Virus record (IMG/VR): IMGVR_UViG_3300005512_000110 | Location: 1 to 38,475 of that record | From: a virus | Taxonomy: Duplodnaviria > Caudoviricetes | Length of the DNA: 38,475 bases | Reading direction: 5' to 3' (one strand) | Shown: in pieces, positions 15,364 through 24,453 of the stretch | How the letters are laid out: each line of letters opens with the position of its first letter | Position numbering within the stretch: position 1 is the first letter of the stretch | Notes under the pieces: generated by a model | What the model was told of the DNA's origin: nothing | Database searches by the model: none | The model's input: the letters and a program-made list of their open reading frames with translations, nothing else | Translations under genes and position numbers: made by a program

Positions 15364-15865
15364 ACTGACGGTGGAGCAGCGCAGCATGATGTTGCGGGCA
15401 AGCGCTGACGGCGCAGAGGCGTTCGCGGTCGATCAGGATGACATGGACTACGCGGCGAACATGCGATGGTGCGCCGACGCCCTCGAATCCACCAAGCAGC
15501 GCGCGGAGCAGTTGCAGCGGACGCTCGATGGCGTGGGGATTGTTTACGACCACATCACCGGCGGCCGTATCTCGAAGCCAGCGACCAACACTGCTGACGT
15601 GATGCAGGTCGCAGACGAGCGGGTAACGGAACTGGTCGAAGACGAAACCAAGCAACTGCAGGGCGAGCGCGACGAGGCGGTGGCGGACAACGTAAGTATG
15701 TGGGCTGCAATGAGCATCATCATCACAGATGCAATGGAACACGGTGGGCGATGCAAAGTAAAGACGTTGCGTGACGCGGCGAATGTTCTGGACAGCTCCC
15801 ATCCCAGCGACGCGCTACCGCACTGCGCCGCCTCGACGCGGCGACAAGGGGCAAGTGATGGCTAA
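15353..15865 (+). CDS. Hypothetical protein
   Basis: VYDHITGGRISKP motif; coiled coil. Confidence 0.6.
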   Translation: MSDELTVEQRSMMLRASADGAEAFAVDQDDMDYAANMRWCADALESTKQRAEQLQRTLDGVGIVYDHITGGRISKPATNTADVMQVADERVTELVEDETKQLQGERDEAVADNVSMWAAMSIIITDAMEHGGRCKVKTLRDAANVLDSSHPSDALPHCAASTRRQGASDG

Positions 15866-15907
15866 GCACAAGCACAGCCGGCCGGCGTGCGTGCAGGGAG
15901 GGCGACC

Positions 15908-16531
15908 GTGAGTGACGCAGCGGACATCATTGATGCCCAGCAGGCCCCTAGTAAATGGTACTTTTCGGGCGTCGCGGGCGTCGTATCGGGCGTCGGCTGG
16001 AGGTACCGCGTGAACACCAAAGCACAGTTCAATCGAGATGTTGATGTCGTGCGGTTTCTGCGCCTGAACCGGCGCGCAGCCAAGAATGGATACCGGGCGC
16101 AATGGCACGTCGCCATGCACACCGCAACAGCCTTTTATCACTCCCGGCAGAACGAGCGCGAGCGCAGCAACCAGCGGATTGTTGATGCACTCAATGCCGC
16201 CGGCAGCCCGCGCGCCAAGGTGGAGGTGTGGGGGTGGGTGGACAAACTACTGGGTACAATACTCGCGGACCTGCCGTACCAAGAGTTCCTGCGCACTTCC
16301 TATTGGCACGCGGTGCGAGACTCCGCCCGAGAGTCAGCGGACCATCGCTGCCAACTGTGCGGCTGCAGCAACCGCGAGCTGCATGTACACCACAAGACCT
16401 ATGAGCACCGTGGCCGTGAGTACGACCACATGAACGATCTGATCGTCCTGTGCGAGCCGTGCCACGCCAAGTTTCACGACAAACCGTCAAAGGCGTCGTC
16501 GCGGGCGTCGTCACCAACACGAAAGGACTGA
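15908..16531 (+). CDS. HNH endonuclease domain protein
   Basis: YQEFLRTSYW...CQLC...LHVHHKTY...DLIVLCEPCHAKFH. Confidence 0.85.
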   Translation: MSDAADIIDAQQAPSKWYFSGVAGVVSGVGWRYRVNTKAQFNRDVDVVRFLRLNRRAAKNGYRAQWHVAMHTATAFYHSRQNERERSNQRIVDALNAAGSPRAKVEVWGWVDKLLGTILADLPYQEFLRTSYWHAVRDSARESADHRCQLCGCSNRELHVHHKTYEHRGREYDHMNDLIVLCEPCHAKFHDKPSKASSRASSPTRKD

Positions 16532-16532
16532 C

Positions 16533-17039
16533 ATGGCAACGCAGACTACCGAGGGCTACGTAGAGTCCGGCACCAGGCTGGACTCCATCATGTTCACTGG
16601 CACCGGATGTCTGTTGGAGCAGTTCGACATTTCCAGCGCGCCCGTGCGCCAAGACGACCGCCACGTACGCATCACCATCACCGTCGAGGACGCGCGGCAA
16701 GGAGCCAACCAAAAGAACATCACCAACGAACTGCTGGACAGACTGGTATTGGCGGCGCAACGGGCGCGGTGTTGCGACTGGACTTATCGGGAGTCCGACG
16801 CTGGGCACCAGTATGTCTACACGAGCCGCCTGTGCCACGGACGCTCTAGTTCGCTACTCAAGACACGATGGAAAGAGGACGGGCCATCGGCAGAGTATAT
16901 CGCCCTTGCCGACCCACCCACCATCCTCGCGCTTGTCGCCGAACTGCACGAACACCGAAAACGGCAACCGTCCCGCAGTGTCGAGCGGCGCATCAAGACC
17001 CAAACAGCGGCCAAGCCGCAAGGAGGCAACCGTGAGTAG
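16533..17039 (+). CDS. Ead/Ea22-like protein
   Basis: C-terminal AEYIALADPPTILALVAEL. Confidence 0.55.
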   Translation: MATQTTEGYVESGTRLDSIMFTGTGCLLEQFDISSAPVRQDDRHVRITITVEDARQGANQKNITNELLDRLVLAAQRARCCDWTYRESDAGHQYVYTSRLCHGRSSSLLKTRWKEDGPSAEYIALADPPTILALVAELHEHRKRQPSRSVERRIKTQTAAKPQGGNRE

Positions 17040-17352
17040 CGCAATCGCAGAACAACGGACAGAGCCGAACATGGGCCTGTTGCCGGGCCGCGCCATCACC
17101 GCAATCGCGCGCGTGATAACCCACTACCAGCACCGGCGCGGCGATGGGTGGCGGGCGCTCGGCAAGACGTACCACCTGCAGCACATGGACGACCACCGCG
17201 ACCACCTGACCGGCCCGTTGTCGGCAGTGTCAAGCGACGAAGACCACGCGGTCCACATGGCGGTGCGTGCGTTGATGTACCTTGAGCTGGCGCTTGAGGA
17301 GCGCGACGCCCACGCGACGGACACGGCACCCGCCGAGGAGGACGCGGCGTAA
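17032..17352 (+). CDS. Divergent DUF5664-like (dATP/dGTP diphosphohydrolase-like) protein
   Basis: MGLLPGRAITAIARVITH...GWR...EDHAVHMAVRALMYLE; AGGAGG RBS. Confidence 0.45.
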   Translation: MSSAIAEQRTEPNMGLLPGRAITAIARVITHYQHRRGDGWRALGKTYHLQHMDDHRDHLTGPLSAVSSDEDHAVHMAVRALMYLELALEERDAHATDTAPAEEDAA

Positions 17353-17403
17353 CACTGGCCCGGCAAGGCCAGCACAACCACTAACCACGGAGGCTAGAGC
17401 AAC

Positions 17404-18207
17404 ATGGCAAGGAAGCGAAAACGCATTGTCATCATATCCGACATGCACAGCGGCCACGTCGTTGGACTCACGCCGCCAGACTTCTGGCAGAACGAAACCG
17501 GCGGCACCGTCCCAAGGCAAGACAAGTTCGCACGAATCCAACGCGAGAGCTGGGAGTGGTATCGGTCCACCATCGCCAGCCTGAAACCCATTGACGTACT
17601 GCTCGTCAACGGCGACTGCATCGACGGTCGTGGCGAGCGGTCTGGCGGCACTGAACTGTTGACGAGCAACAGGCAAAGCCAGGTCGATATGGCCGTGCAG
17701 TGCATCAAGCTGGCCAAGGCGTCGGCGGTGATGATGACGTACGGCACCGCATACCATACCGGCCAGCTTGAGGACTGGGAAGACGCTATCGCCGAGCGTG
17801 TGGACGCCTCTATCGGCTCGCACGAGTGGCCAGAGGTAAACGGGCTGGTGTTCGACATGAAGCACCACATCGGCAGTTCGTCCATCCCACACGGCCGCCA
17901 CACGGCTATCGCGCGTGACCGGCTATGGAACGTGCTGTGGGCTGAGCGTGAACGCCAGCCGAAAGCGCGTGTCATCATCCGGTCACACGTCCACTACTTT
18001 CAGGCGGTGCAGACCGCCGACTTTCTGGCGCTGACAACGCCCGCGCTGCAGGCGGCTGGCACGAAGTACGGCGGTCGGCGGTGCAGCGGCACGGTGGACT
18101 TCGGACTGATTCACTTCGACGTTGACGAGCATGGAGGCTACACATGGAAGCATCACCAAGCTGCACTGGCCAGCGAGTCGGCCCACCCGACAGTGCTGTG
18201 CGAATAG
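17404..18207 (+). CDS. Calcineurin-like metallophosphoesterase
   Basis: ISDMHSGH, NGDCIDG, GTAYH, KHH, RSHVH. Confidence 0.85.
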   Translation: MARKRKRIVIISDMHSGHVVGLTPPDFWQNETGGTVPRQDKFARIQRESWEWYRSTIASLKPIDVLLVNGDCIDGRGERSGGTELLTSNRQSQVDMAVQCIKLAKASAVMMTYGTAYHTGQLEDWEDAIAERVDASIGSHEWPEVNGLVFDMKHHIGSSSIPHGRHTAIARDRLWNVLWAERERQPKARVIIRSHVHYFQAVQTADFLALTTPALQAAGTKYGGRRCSGTVDFGLIHFDVDEHGGYTWKHHQAALASESAHPTVLCE

Positions 18208-18209
18208 AC

Positions 18210-18536
18210 GTGACAGGGCTCGATGAGGCATTTGCCGAGCTGGACACATATCGTAGCATCATCGACCGTGACGCGGGGTGGTTCACCGTGTCCGACGCCA
18301 AGTCGCACTGGGGTGTGTGTGTCAAGACGGCACAGACACGGTTGCGCGATCTTGTATCCAGCGGGCGCGCAGAGCGTGCGCCAGCACTGGACTACGACGT
18401 GACAGGTACGCTCAACCAGACAACGGCGTACCGCCTGACCAGCGCAAAGAAAAACCCGCCATCCAGCGGGTTGGGTACGGGGCGTCGGTCAAAGCGACGC
18501 GAAGACGTGCGGGTTGTCGCGGACGAACCGGGCTAG
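18210..18536 (+). CDS. Hypothetical winged-helix-like protein
   Basis: WFTVSDAKSHWGVCVKTAQTRLRDLVSSGRAE. Confidence 0.5.
   Translation: MTGLDEAFAELDTYRSIIDRDAGWFTVSDAKSHWGVCVKTAQTRLRDLVSSGRAERAPALDYDVTGTLNQTTAYRLTSAKKNPPSSGLGTGRRSKRREDVRVVADEPG
18450..18472 (-). terminator. Terminator at end of late operon
   Basis: Minus strand AACCCGC-TGGATG-GCGGGTT-TTT. Confidence 0.6.
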
Positions 18537-18764
18537 CACCATCTCAAGCGTCGCAACGGTCTGCTCGGTGGCATGGATGCCATGAAGGTCGAATAGTGCA
18601 TGGATGCACTCATGCAACAGCGCCAGGGCCCGCATAGGCTCTGGCGCTGTTTCGTTGATCTCGATACGCGGTGTGGGGAACTGGTGGAACTTGCCGAACG
18701 TTCCGTGGCCGAGGTCGCGGTACTCGACGGGGATCTCCAGTGGCCCAACTCGGATGGTCGTCAT
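18489..18764 (-). CDS. Small HExxH metallopeptidase-like protein
   Basis: GKF...RIEINE...LALLHECIHALF...EQTV. Confidence 0.65.
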   Translation of the reverse strand: MTTIRVGPLEIPVEYRDLGHGTFGKFHQFPTPRIEINETAPEPMRALALLHECIHALFDLHGIHATEQTVATLEMVLARFVRDNPHVFASL

Positions 18765-18994
18765 TTCATCAGCGCCACCAGTAGCGCGCCGCCGCTAATC
18801 ACAGCGCTGACGAGGATCGGTATGCCCCACCGCGACATGCTGCGCTCAGCCTCGATGCGCACCACACGGGCGAACAGCCCCCGGTCCGGGTCGCCGTTGC
18901 CGGTAACGATGCGATGCACGTCGGCCATCATGCGGTGCGTGTCGCCGATCTGGTGCTGGTACGGGCATGTGTCGGCGCGGTGTTGGTCGTCCAT
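18761..18994 (-). CDS. Small protein with C-terminal TM helix (lysis-associated-like)
   Basis: GNGDPDRGLFARVVRIE then WGIPILVSAVISGGALLVALMK. Confidence 0.55.
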   Translation of the reverse strand: MDDQHRADTCPYQHQIGDTHRMMADVHRIVTGNGDPDRGLFARVVRIEAERSMSRWGIPILVSAVISGGALLVALMK

Positions 18995-19001
18995 GTGGGG
19001 C

Positions 19002-19030
19002 TTTCATTTCACTAGCTTTGGCGGTATAAT
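19002..19030 (+). promoter_or_regulatory. Promoter for counter-oriented gene
   Basis: TTTCAT-N17-TATAAT. Confidence 0.55.
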
Positions 19031-19059
19031 GCTGGTGCCTAAATGCAAAGGGGACCGTC

Positions 19060-19359
19060 ATGGGTAACACAAAGTCGCTAGTGGCCGGGGTCGTGATTGG
19101 TGCCGCCGTTGTCGTGTGCATCGCGGCGACAACTTACGACCACCCCGGCCCGTACCAGATTTCAGCCTGCCCGACGCAGGGGACGTATGTTGTCATCGAC
19201 CAAGACTCGGGCGACGTGTACGGGCTGCACTTTGACAGCAGGCTAAAGCTGGTGGTGCGCCACCACGGGACGGTAACGCCTCACGCTGGCGTTGCTGTTG
19301 CTCCGGGCGGCAGGGCAATCGCCAACGGGTCGCGGCCAGTGCCGTCACCGATACGCTAG
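19060..19359 (+). CDS. Counter-oriented exported/membrane protein (moron-like)
   Basis: Hydrophobic N-terminus SLVAGVVIGAAVVVCIAA; own promoter. Confidence 0.65.
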   Translation: MGNTKSLVAGVVIGAAVVVCIAATTYDHPGPYQISACPTQGTYVVIDQDSGDVYGLHFDSRLKLVVRHHGTVTPHAGVAVAPGGRAIANGSRPVPSPIR

Positions 19360-19613
19360 TCCATCTGCTGTATCACCGCGTCTGCGCCACCGGGCACGTT
19401 GTAGTCGGCTAATGGGTTGTTGCGGTTGCCGCCACAGCCGTTGCAGGGCGGACGCTTCGGGCTATCGCTCGGCGGTTGCGGCGGCGGGGTGCGTAGCTCT
19501 ATCGACTGCGCCACGAGGTTGCCGGCCGCGTCCCACTCAACCACGAACGCGCCGCATGGCGTGTCGCCCTCAACCAAGCGCCCGCCGTTCGCCGTTGGTC
19601 TGATATGTAACAT
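19356..19613 (-). CDS. Hypothetical protein
   Basis: Tiles late operon; PCNGC motif. Confidence 0.5.
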   Translation of the reverse strand: MLHIRPTANGGRLVEGDTPCGAFVVEWDAAGNLVAQSIELRTPPPQPPSDSPKRPPCNGCGGNRNNPLADYNVPGGADAVIQQMD

Positions 19614-19614
19614 A

Positions 19615-20112
19615 TCAGGCGCAGCTCACAACGGCCGTTCCGCCATTCGAGGCGTGGAATCCAACACCACACTGTGCGGCATTGGGGATGGGGTCACGAT
19701 ACGCATAAGCGCTGGCCGGGTCGTAGAACTGAAAGGCATAGTTAGTGTTGGAGACCACATCGATGGCCGCATAGACCCGCGTGACAATCCCGGCTTTCGT
19801 AACGTCCGCGATCAGGTGAAGGTCTAGCGACCCGCTGCTGTGGTATGACGTGCACCCGGCGTCCGAGTAAGCGTCATAATCAATCGCGTCGCTCAGGGTC
19901 GTGGTACGATACCGGCACTGGCCAGAGTAGAAGTCGTGATATGGGATCACATACTGACCATCAAGCCGAAGCGCCGTCCAGTCTACAAACTTGCCGAGCG
20001 ACCACCAGTAAATGCACTCCGAAGTGCACATCGAGGCGTTCACGTCCGCAAACGTGACGCTAACATTGGCGAAGCAACTACACCAGCACGCGCGATGGTA
20101 GCCGCCAGGCAT
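19615..20112 (-). CDS. Cys-rich putative tail-tip protein
   Basis: MPGGYHRACWCSC...; position after tail genes. Confidence 0.55.
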   Translation of the reverse strand: MPGGYHRACWCSCFANVSVTFADVNASMCTSECIYWWSLGKFVDWTALRLDGQYVIPYHDFYSGQCRYRTTTLSDAIDYDAYSDAGCTSYHSSGSLDLHLIADVTKAGIVTRVYAAIDVVSNTNYAFQFYDPASAYAYRDPIPNAAQCGVGFHASNGGTAVVSCA

Positions 20113-20113
20113 A

Positions 20114-20746
20114 TCAACCCCTGATGTCGAGCAGCAATGCCGCGTAACCGATGGCCGCAATAACGGCCGTTCCGGTCGCACCATCGTTGACGGCTATAGC
20201 AACGCGCACGTCAAGCTCATCGCCAACGGCAAGGTTGGTCGGCGTAATCGTGAAATCCTTGTTGGCGAACGTCAGTGAGTTGATGGACTGCGCGGCCGTG
20301 TCGATCAGGTCGCCGGTGCTGGTCGTGTCCTTGTCAGATTCGTAGATGCTCACGTCAATGGTCGCGGTTGTGTCCGCAACTGTGGTGAGCATCCCAGCGC
20401 TGAACCTGATCTGCGCAGTCTGGCCGGCGTCGTACTCTGCCGGCAGGGCGAGCATTGCACGGGCGTACAGCGTCACCGCGCCAGCGGCCTTCACGTCATA
20501 CGTCGCAATGTACGGTGTGCCAGTGCCGAACGTGCCGTCGTACACACCAAGGTCGTCGGTTGCGGACGTGCCCGGTAGTGCGGTCTGCGGCGCGTCCCAC
20601 ACGCGCCAGGCACTGAACGGGATTGGGTATGCGACCAGCGACTCCTGTGCGACCTTTGTTCGTGGCACCGCGCCGTTGGGGATCGTGAACGTGTCAGTAA
20701 CTTTTAGCGTCTCTGCAACAACATCCTGTATCTGTGTGGTGCCCAT
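20114..20746 (-). CDS. Putative tail/virion structural protein
   Basis: Thr/Ala-rich beta protein with AGGAG RBS in tail region. Confidence 0.6.
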   Translation of the reverse strand: MGTTQIQDVVAETLKVTDTFTIPNGAVPRTKVAQESLVAYPIPFSAWRVWDAPQTALPGTSATDDLGVYDGTFGTGTPYIATYDVKAAGAVTLYARAMLALPAEYDAGQTAQIRFSAGMLTTVADTTATIDVSIYESDKDTTSTGDLIDTAAQSINSLTFANKDFTITPTNLAVGDELDVRVAIAVNDGATGTAVIAAIGYAALLLDIRG

Positions 20747-20756
20747 TAATCAGCTC

Positions 20757-21317
20757 CTAGCCGCATGTTCCATCGTCCGCGTTTTGATATTCGAACACGT
20801 ATTGCTTGCCACCCGTACCATGGTCTCGGACGGCAGACATTCTGACCACGACATTGCATCCAGTTACACCCCCGGTGCCGCCGCCAACTGGCTGGATGCT
20901 GAAGTTAGACGGGTAAGCGGCGCCGCTGTCGTCAACGCTGTTGCCCTGCGTACCAGCGCCCTGCGTCACGTTTGTTAGTTCTGTGAGGTTTAACGCATAT
21001 CCGCTTGTTGTTGTCCCAGATCTCCCGCCAGACTTAACGCTTACCTCACCGTTTTGTAGCCGCACCTCGGCCCAGGCGTAACGCCACCGCGTATTCGCAC
21101 CAGGAACCAAAGCCCATCCTGTTACACTGGCGAGAAATGTATCAGGCCCACGGCCTTGGTCGTCGGCTTGTATCACGACGCGAGTACCAACGCGCGACAC
21201 GCGAATACGCGGGCCGCCAACCATCCTTTGCACAATGCCGTCGGCTAATTGCTGGAGACGGGACGCCAGTATTGGAGCGCCACGCCTCCATCGTGATGGT
21301 TGTTTACCTGCTGGCAT
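20757..21317 (-). CDS. Putative minor tail protein
   Basis: Downstream of tape measure; paralogue at 38044-38438. Confidence 0.6.
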   Translation of the reverse strand: MPAGKQPSRWRRGAPILASRLQQLADGIVQRMVGGPRIRVSRVGTRVVIQADDQGRGPDTFLASVTGWALVPGANTRWRYAWAEVRLQNGEVSVKSGGRSGTTTSGYALNLTELTNVTQGAGTQGNSVDDSGAAYPSNFSIQPVGGGTGGVTGCNVVVRMSAVRDHGTGGKQYVFEYQNADDGTCG

Positions 21318-21319
21318 CG

Positions 21320-22102
21320 CTACTCCTCAAAGCCCAGATCGCCGCTGCCAAAGGTTGCGGCCTCGTAAATGTAGACCGATTTAATACCCACCCCTTCTTC
21401 AAGATCCTCCGGGATCTCCTTTAGTTCTGGGTCTACGTATGCAACCGACGGCTGCCAGCCGTCACGGGTCGGCGCGCGCTCAAACTCAACCTCAAATAGG
21501 TATTTTCTTGGGTTGCTCCCCATGTCGACTGGCGTAAAGTCGGCCCGGACAATCATCCACATGGATGCGGTCTCGCCGTGCCAGTGATCGCCATTGACCT
21601 TGCCCGTCCAAGACCTCACCACAGAGGTTGGGTCGTTTGTGGAGACGGTGCGCTCTACGACAAAATTGGATGTGGGCAGCATCGCAGACACCCGTCCCGT
21701 CTGCGTGTCCCCGTTGTGGGTGACAGTAATATCGTTGCCGGCCCAGTCGGTGCTGCGCTCCACCTGTGCCAGAGAAGACCCGCCCCGGAGCGGCGGACTA
21801 GCGTATTTCCTGATAATTCTGTATTTGACCTCAACCTCTACAGTTGCTTCATTGTCTTCAATGCCGACAATGGTTGCACTGCGCCCAGTGACAATAAGGT
21901 TGTTGTCGGCTGTAGACCAACGGTCTCCCGGTTGTCTAACGCCTGAACCCGCCAGCGCGAGCCTAGTAATTTCCGGGGGGATCCGCGATATCTGCGGATC
22001 GCTTAGGTCTACGGTGACGACTTGCGTCTCTGTTGCATCAATTCCTTCGCCAGCTTCCTCTGTATACGAAGCGCCGCGTATGAGGTCTGTCTTGACTGCC
22101 AT
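21320..22102 (-). CDS. Distal tail / hub-like protein
   Basis: Immediately after tape measure gene (positional inference). Confidence 0.55.
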   Translation of the reverse strand: MAVKTDLIRGASYTEEAGEGIDATETQVVTVDLSDPQISRIPPEITRLALAGSGVRQPGDRWSTADNNLIVTGRSATIVGIEDNEATVEVEVKYRIIRKYASPPLRGGSSLAQVERSTDWAGNDITVTHNGDTQTGRVSAMLPTSNFVVERTVSTNDPTSVVRSWTGKVNGDHWHGETASMWMIVRADFTPVDMGSNPRKYLFEVEFERAPTRDGWQPSVAYVDPELKEIPEDLEEGVGIKSVYIYEAATFGSGDLGFEE

Positions 22103-23415
22103 TAAGCTGCCCTCGCGCCCTCTGTGTTTCGTGCGATCCGCTCAAGCAGCGACAGCTCTTGCGGGTCAGCTTGGATAGGTTGCCGCCTCGCGCCCATGCC
22201 ACCAGCGCCGTACAGGCTCCGTACAATCTGCTTGAAGTCGCCCACGCGAGACGTGGCCGAGTCGCCACCCATGCCAGCGCCGAGGCCGCCCGGGGTTTTG
22301 TTGTCAGTCGCGTCATGGGTGCCAGCAAGCCGGTTGGATAGGAACTGCTGAAACTTGTCGGTAGGCCGCAGTTCCTGCTCTACCTTGATTTGCTTCGTTG
22401 CCCACTCCTGCGCCGCGTCCTGCAGTTTCTTAGCGTCGCCAGCCCAACCGGTGTTCCACTTGATGCCGAACTTCTCGTTGCCGACGATCTGCTTGTCGTG
22501 CAGGGAGGCCAAGTCGGCCAGCGCTTGGTACGCGCCGGCAACCAGGCCGTTGAACGCGAGATGCGTATCGCGCACCATGTCGCCCAGCGCGGCGAGCGTG
22601 GAACCAATACGGATGAACACGGCCTCCATCTTGTCGGCCGCGCTTGTACCCTCGGTGAACATTGACGTGAGCTTGTGCGCCGCAGACGTGATTGACGGAG
22701 CGAGCTTGATCGCCATTTGGCCGACCAGCCCACCTATAGCGGCACGAAGATCAGCTATCGCGTCGTTTGCCTGCTCGACCCGCGCCGCGTCAAGCCGACT
22801 GAACGTAATGCCAAGCCGCTTGGCCTCCTTGCGCATCGCATCAAGGCCGGCGCTTCCCTTCTCCAGAAACTTCAACATCGACAAGCCAGACCGCCCGAAC
22901 AGGTCTTGTGCAACCCGTGCCCGCGTGAACTGGTTGTCGATCTTGCTAACGGAGTCGGCGACCGCCTCAAACGCCTGGTCGGTGCTCATGCCGATAAGGT
23001 CTGCAGCGCTGATACCCAACGCATCAAACGCACGCTGCGCTGTGGTCAGGCCCAGTGTTGCGTCGGATATGTTTTTCTGGAGCCGACGCAGGCCGGTGCT
23101 TAGCTCCTTGTCTGCCATGCCCGCCAACTTAGCGCCGTGCTGGTACGCAGTCAGCTTCTCGACAGCAAAGCCGAGGTTGTCTGCCAGCTTTGCGGTGGCG
23201 TCAATCGCCTCCATCGACCGTTTCAGTAGGTAGACGAAACCGCCGCCCGCGACAAGCGCGGACATTGCCGCGCCAAGGGCACCAATGCGCACGATTGACC
23301 GGCCAATGCCACGCGCAAACCCCGTTAGCGTCTTTTGTGCAGACAACAGCCCGCGCCGAAACGGCTTGGACCGCACGGACAAAACTGTTACCAGATTACC
23401 GATCTTGTTTGCCAT
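22102..23415 (-). CDS. Tail tape measure protein (437 aa)
   Basis: MANKIGNLVTVLSV...; helical Ala-rich; LFGRSG motif; follows G/GT chaperones. Confidence 0.85.
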   Translation of the reverse strand: MANKIGNLVTVLSVRSKPFRRGLLSAQKTLTGFARGIGRSIVRIGALGAAMSALVAGGGFVYLLKRSMEAIDATAKLADNLGFAVEKLTAYQHGAKLAGMADKELSTGLRRLQKNISDATLGLTTAQRAFDALGISAADLIGMSTDQAFEAVADSVSKIDNQFTRARVAQDLFGRSGLSMLKFLEKGSAGLDAMRKEAKRLGITFSRLDAARVEQANDAIADLRAAIGGLVGQMAIKLAPSITSAAHKLTSMFTEGTSAADKMEAVFIRIGSTLAALGDMVRDTHLAFNGLVAGAYQALADLASLHDKQIVGNEKFGIKWNTGWAGDAKKLQDAAQEWATKQIKVEQELRPTDKFQQFLSNRLAGTHDATDNKTPGGLGAGMGGDSATSRVGDFKQIVRSLYGAGGMGARRQPIQADPQELSLLERIARNTEGARAA

Positions 23416-23698
23416 TGTTACCCCCGAACGCCGCCCTCAAGCAGCACACCATCTGCTTGATGTCATCGTCTGACATCTGCCGCGACTGCGGCTCGCCAAA
23501 CTTCGGCATAAACTCACTGGGCTGGTAAGTGCGCTTGCCGCCGCCCATCGTATTTGCGATTGCAGACGCGACGATGCCGGCACGCAGGTCGGCACGCTCC
23601 TCGCCGAACGGGTCAAGCCTGAAGTACGCCGCCCACTCGGTTATCTCGTCAGAGCCAACCCGAGACAGTAACTCTCGCACCGTCATTCCGAGCGACAA
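23396..23698 (-). CDS. Tail assembly chaperone GT, frameshifted part (DUF4035-like)
   Basis: LGMTVRELL...EITEWAAYFRLDPFGEERADLRAGIVA; in the -1 frame of the upstream gene. Confidence 0.8.
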   Translation of the reverse strand: MSLGMTVRELLSRVGSDEITEWAAYFRLDPFGEERADLRAGIVASAIANTMGGGKRTYQPSEFMPKFGEPQSRQMSDDDIKQMVCCLRAAFGGNNGKQDR

Positions 23699-23700
23699 GG

Positions 23701-24081
23701 CTAGGCGGAAGTAGAAGCGGCGCTCGGGCCGCTTTCGGAGTTTCCCTCCGCTTCCTCTGCCGCGTCATCGTGTAGGCCGCTCAAGTCGCGCGCGATGTCG
23801 GCGAGCCTGTCGATTGGTACGCTCGACTTGCCGCCCAACGCCTCTACGTCTGCGGCACTAAAGATGGCGTTGCCAGCTTCGTCTCTTAGCGCCAGTGACA
23901 ACAGCTTGGCCCGCATGTTCCTGTAGCTGGCACCTTTGGCCAAGAACATGAACCCCTCATACTCGTCACGCTCTGCGCCTGTTAGTGTGCGCACGTATAC
24001 AGTCACGCCGCCCCATTCAGGCACAACAACAGCCTCTTGCGGCAGGTCGCTTGCTGCCAGTATCTCGTCTCGCAGACCCAT
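23701..24081 (-). CDS. Tail assembly chaperone G
   Basis: LRDEILAA...VPEWGG..VYVRTLTGAERD. Confidence 0.8.
   Translation of the reverse strand: MGLRDEILAASDLPQEAVVVPEWGGVTVYVRTLTGAERDEYEGFMFLAKGASYRNMRAKLLSLALRDEAGNAIFSAADVEALGGKSSVPIDRLADIARDLSGLHDDAAEEAEGNSESGPSAASTSA
23740..23746 (-). other. -1 programmed frameshift slippery site G GGA AAC
   Basis: XXXYYYZ in frame near end of G; -1 frame continues LRKRPERRFYFRLALSLGM. Confidence 0.8.
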
Positions 24082-24090
24082 CGTTGCTCC

Positions 24091-24435
24091 TTAGCCAGCG
24101 GGCTTAAATGTGAGGGACGTGGTGAGTTCGCCGTCGAGCGACCCGCCGCGGTCACGCGCAGTAAGAACCCCGGCGCCGATTGCCTCAGACCCACCATCGA
24201 ACCACGTCACCGCCAGCGCGCCGGTAGTGCCGACGGTCAGCGTGTTGACGCCCTTGGTCTCGACGACACACTCAACGTCCTTGATGCCGACGCCAAAAAC
24301 GTGCGTAGTGTCGTCCAGCGTGGTGAGGTCTACGGCGTTGCCGTCCTCAGTAAACTGGATGCTGACGATCTTTCCGACCGAAGCGGACGTGCTCGGAAAT
24401 GTCAGCGTGCTACCATTGAACCCATCGTTGGCCAT
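24091..24435 (-). CDS. Major tail tube protein (minimal, 114 aa)
   Basis: GSTLTF...VDLTTLDD...GIKD...TSLTFKPAG; between terminator protein and chaperone. Confidence 0.7.
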   Translation of the reverse strand: MANDGFNGSTLTFPSTSASVGKIVSIQFTEDGNAVDLTTLDDTTHVFGVGIKDVECVVETKGVNTLTVGTTGALAVTWFDGGSEAIGAGVLTARDRGGSLDGELTTSLTFKPAG

Positions 24436-24453
24436 TGTGATTCCCCCGGCTGG

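Noticed and set aside
15908-16531. Intron- or intein-associated homing endonuclease
   Set aside because: Free-standing in the early operon; no interrupted gene around it.
17032-17352. Z-genome (2-aminoadenine) system
   Set aside because: No PurZ, DatZ or phage DNA polymerase recognised.
22355-23233. Long antisense ORFs (also 10136-11002, 12409-13350, 24037-24921, 35949-37139)
   Set aside because: Shadow frames of well-supported genes in GC-rich DNA, with no motifs.
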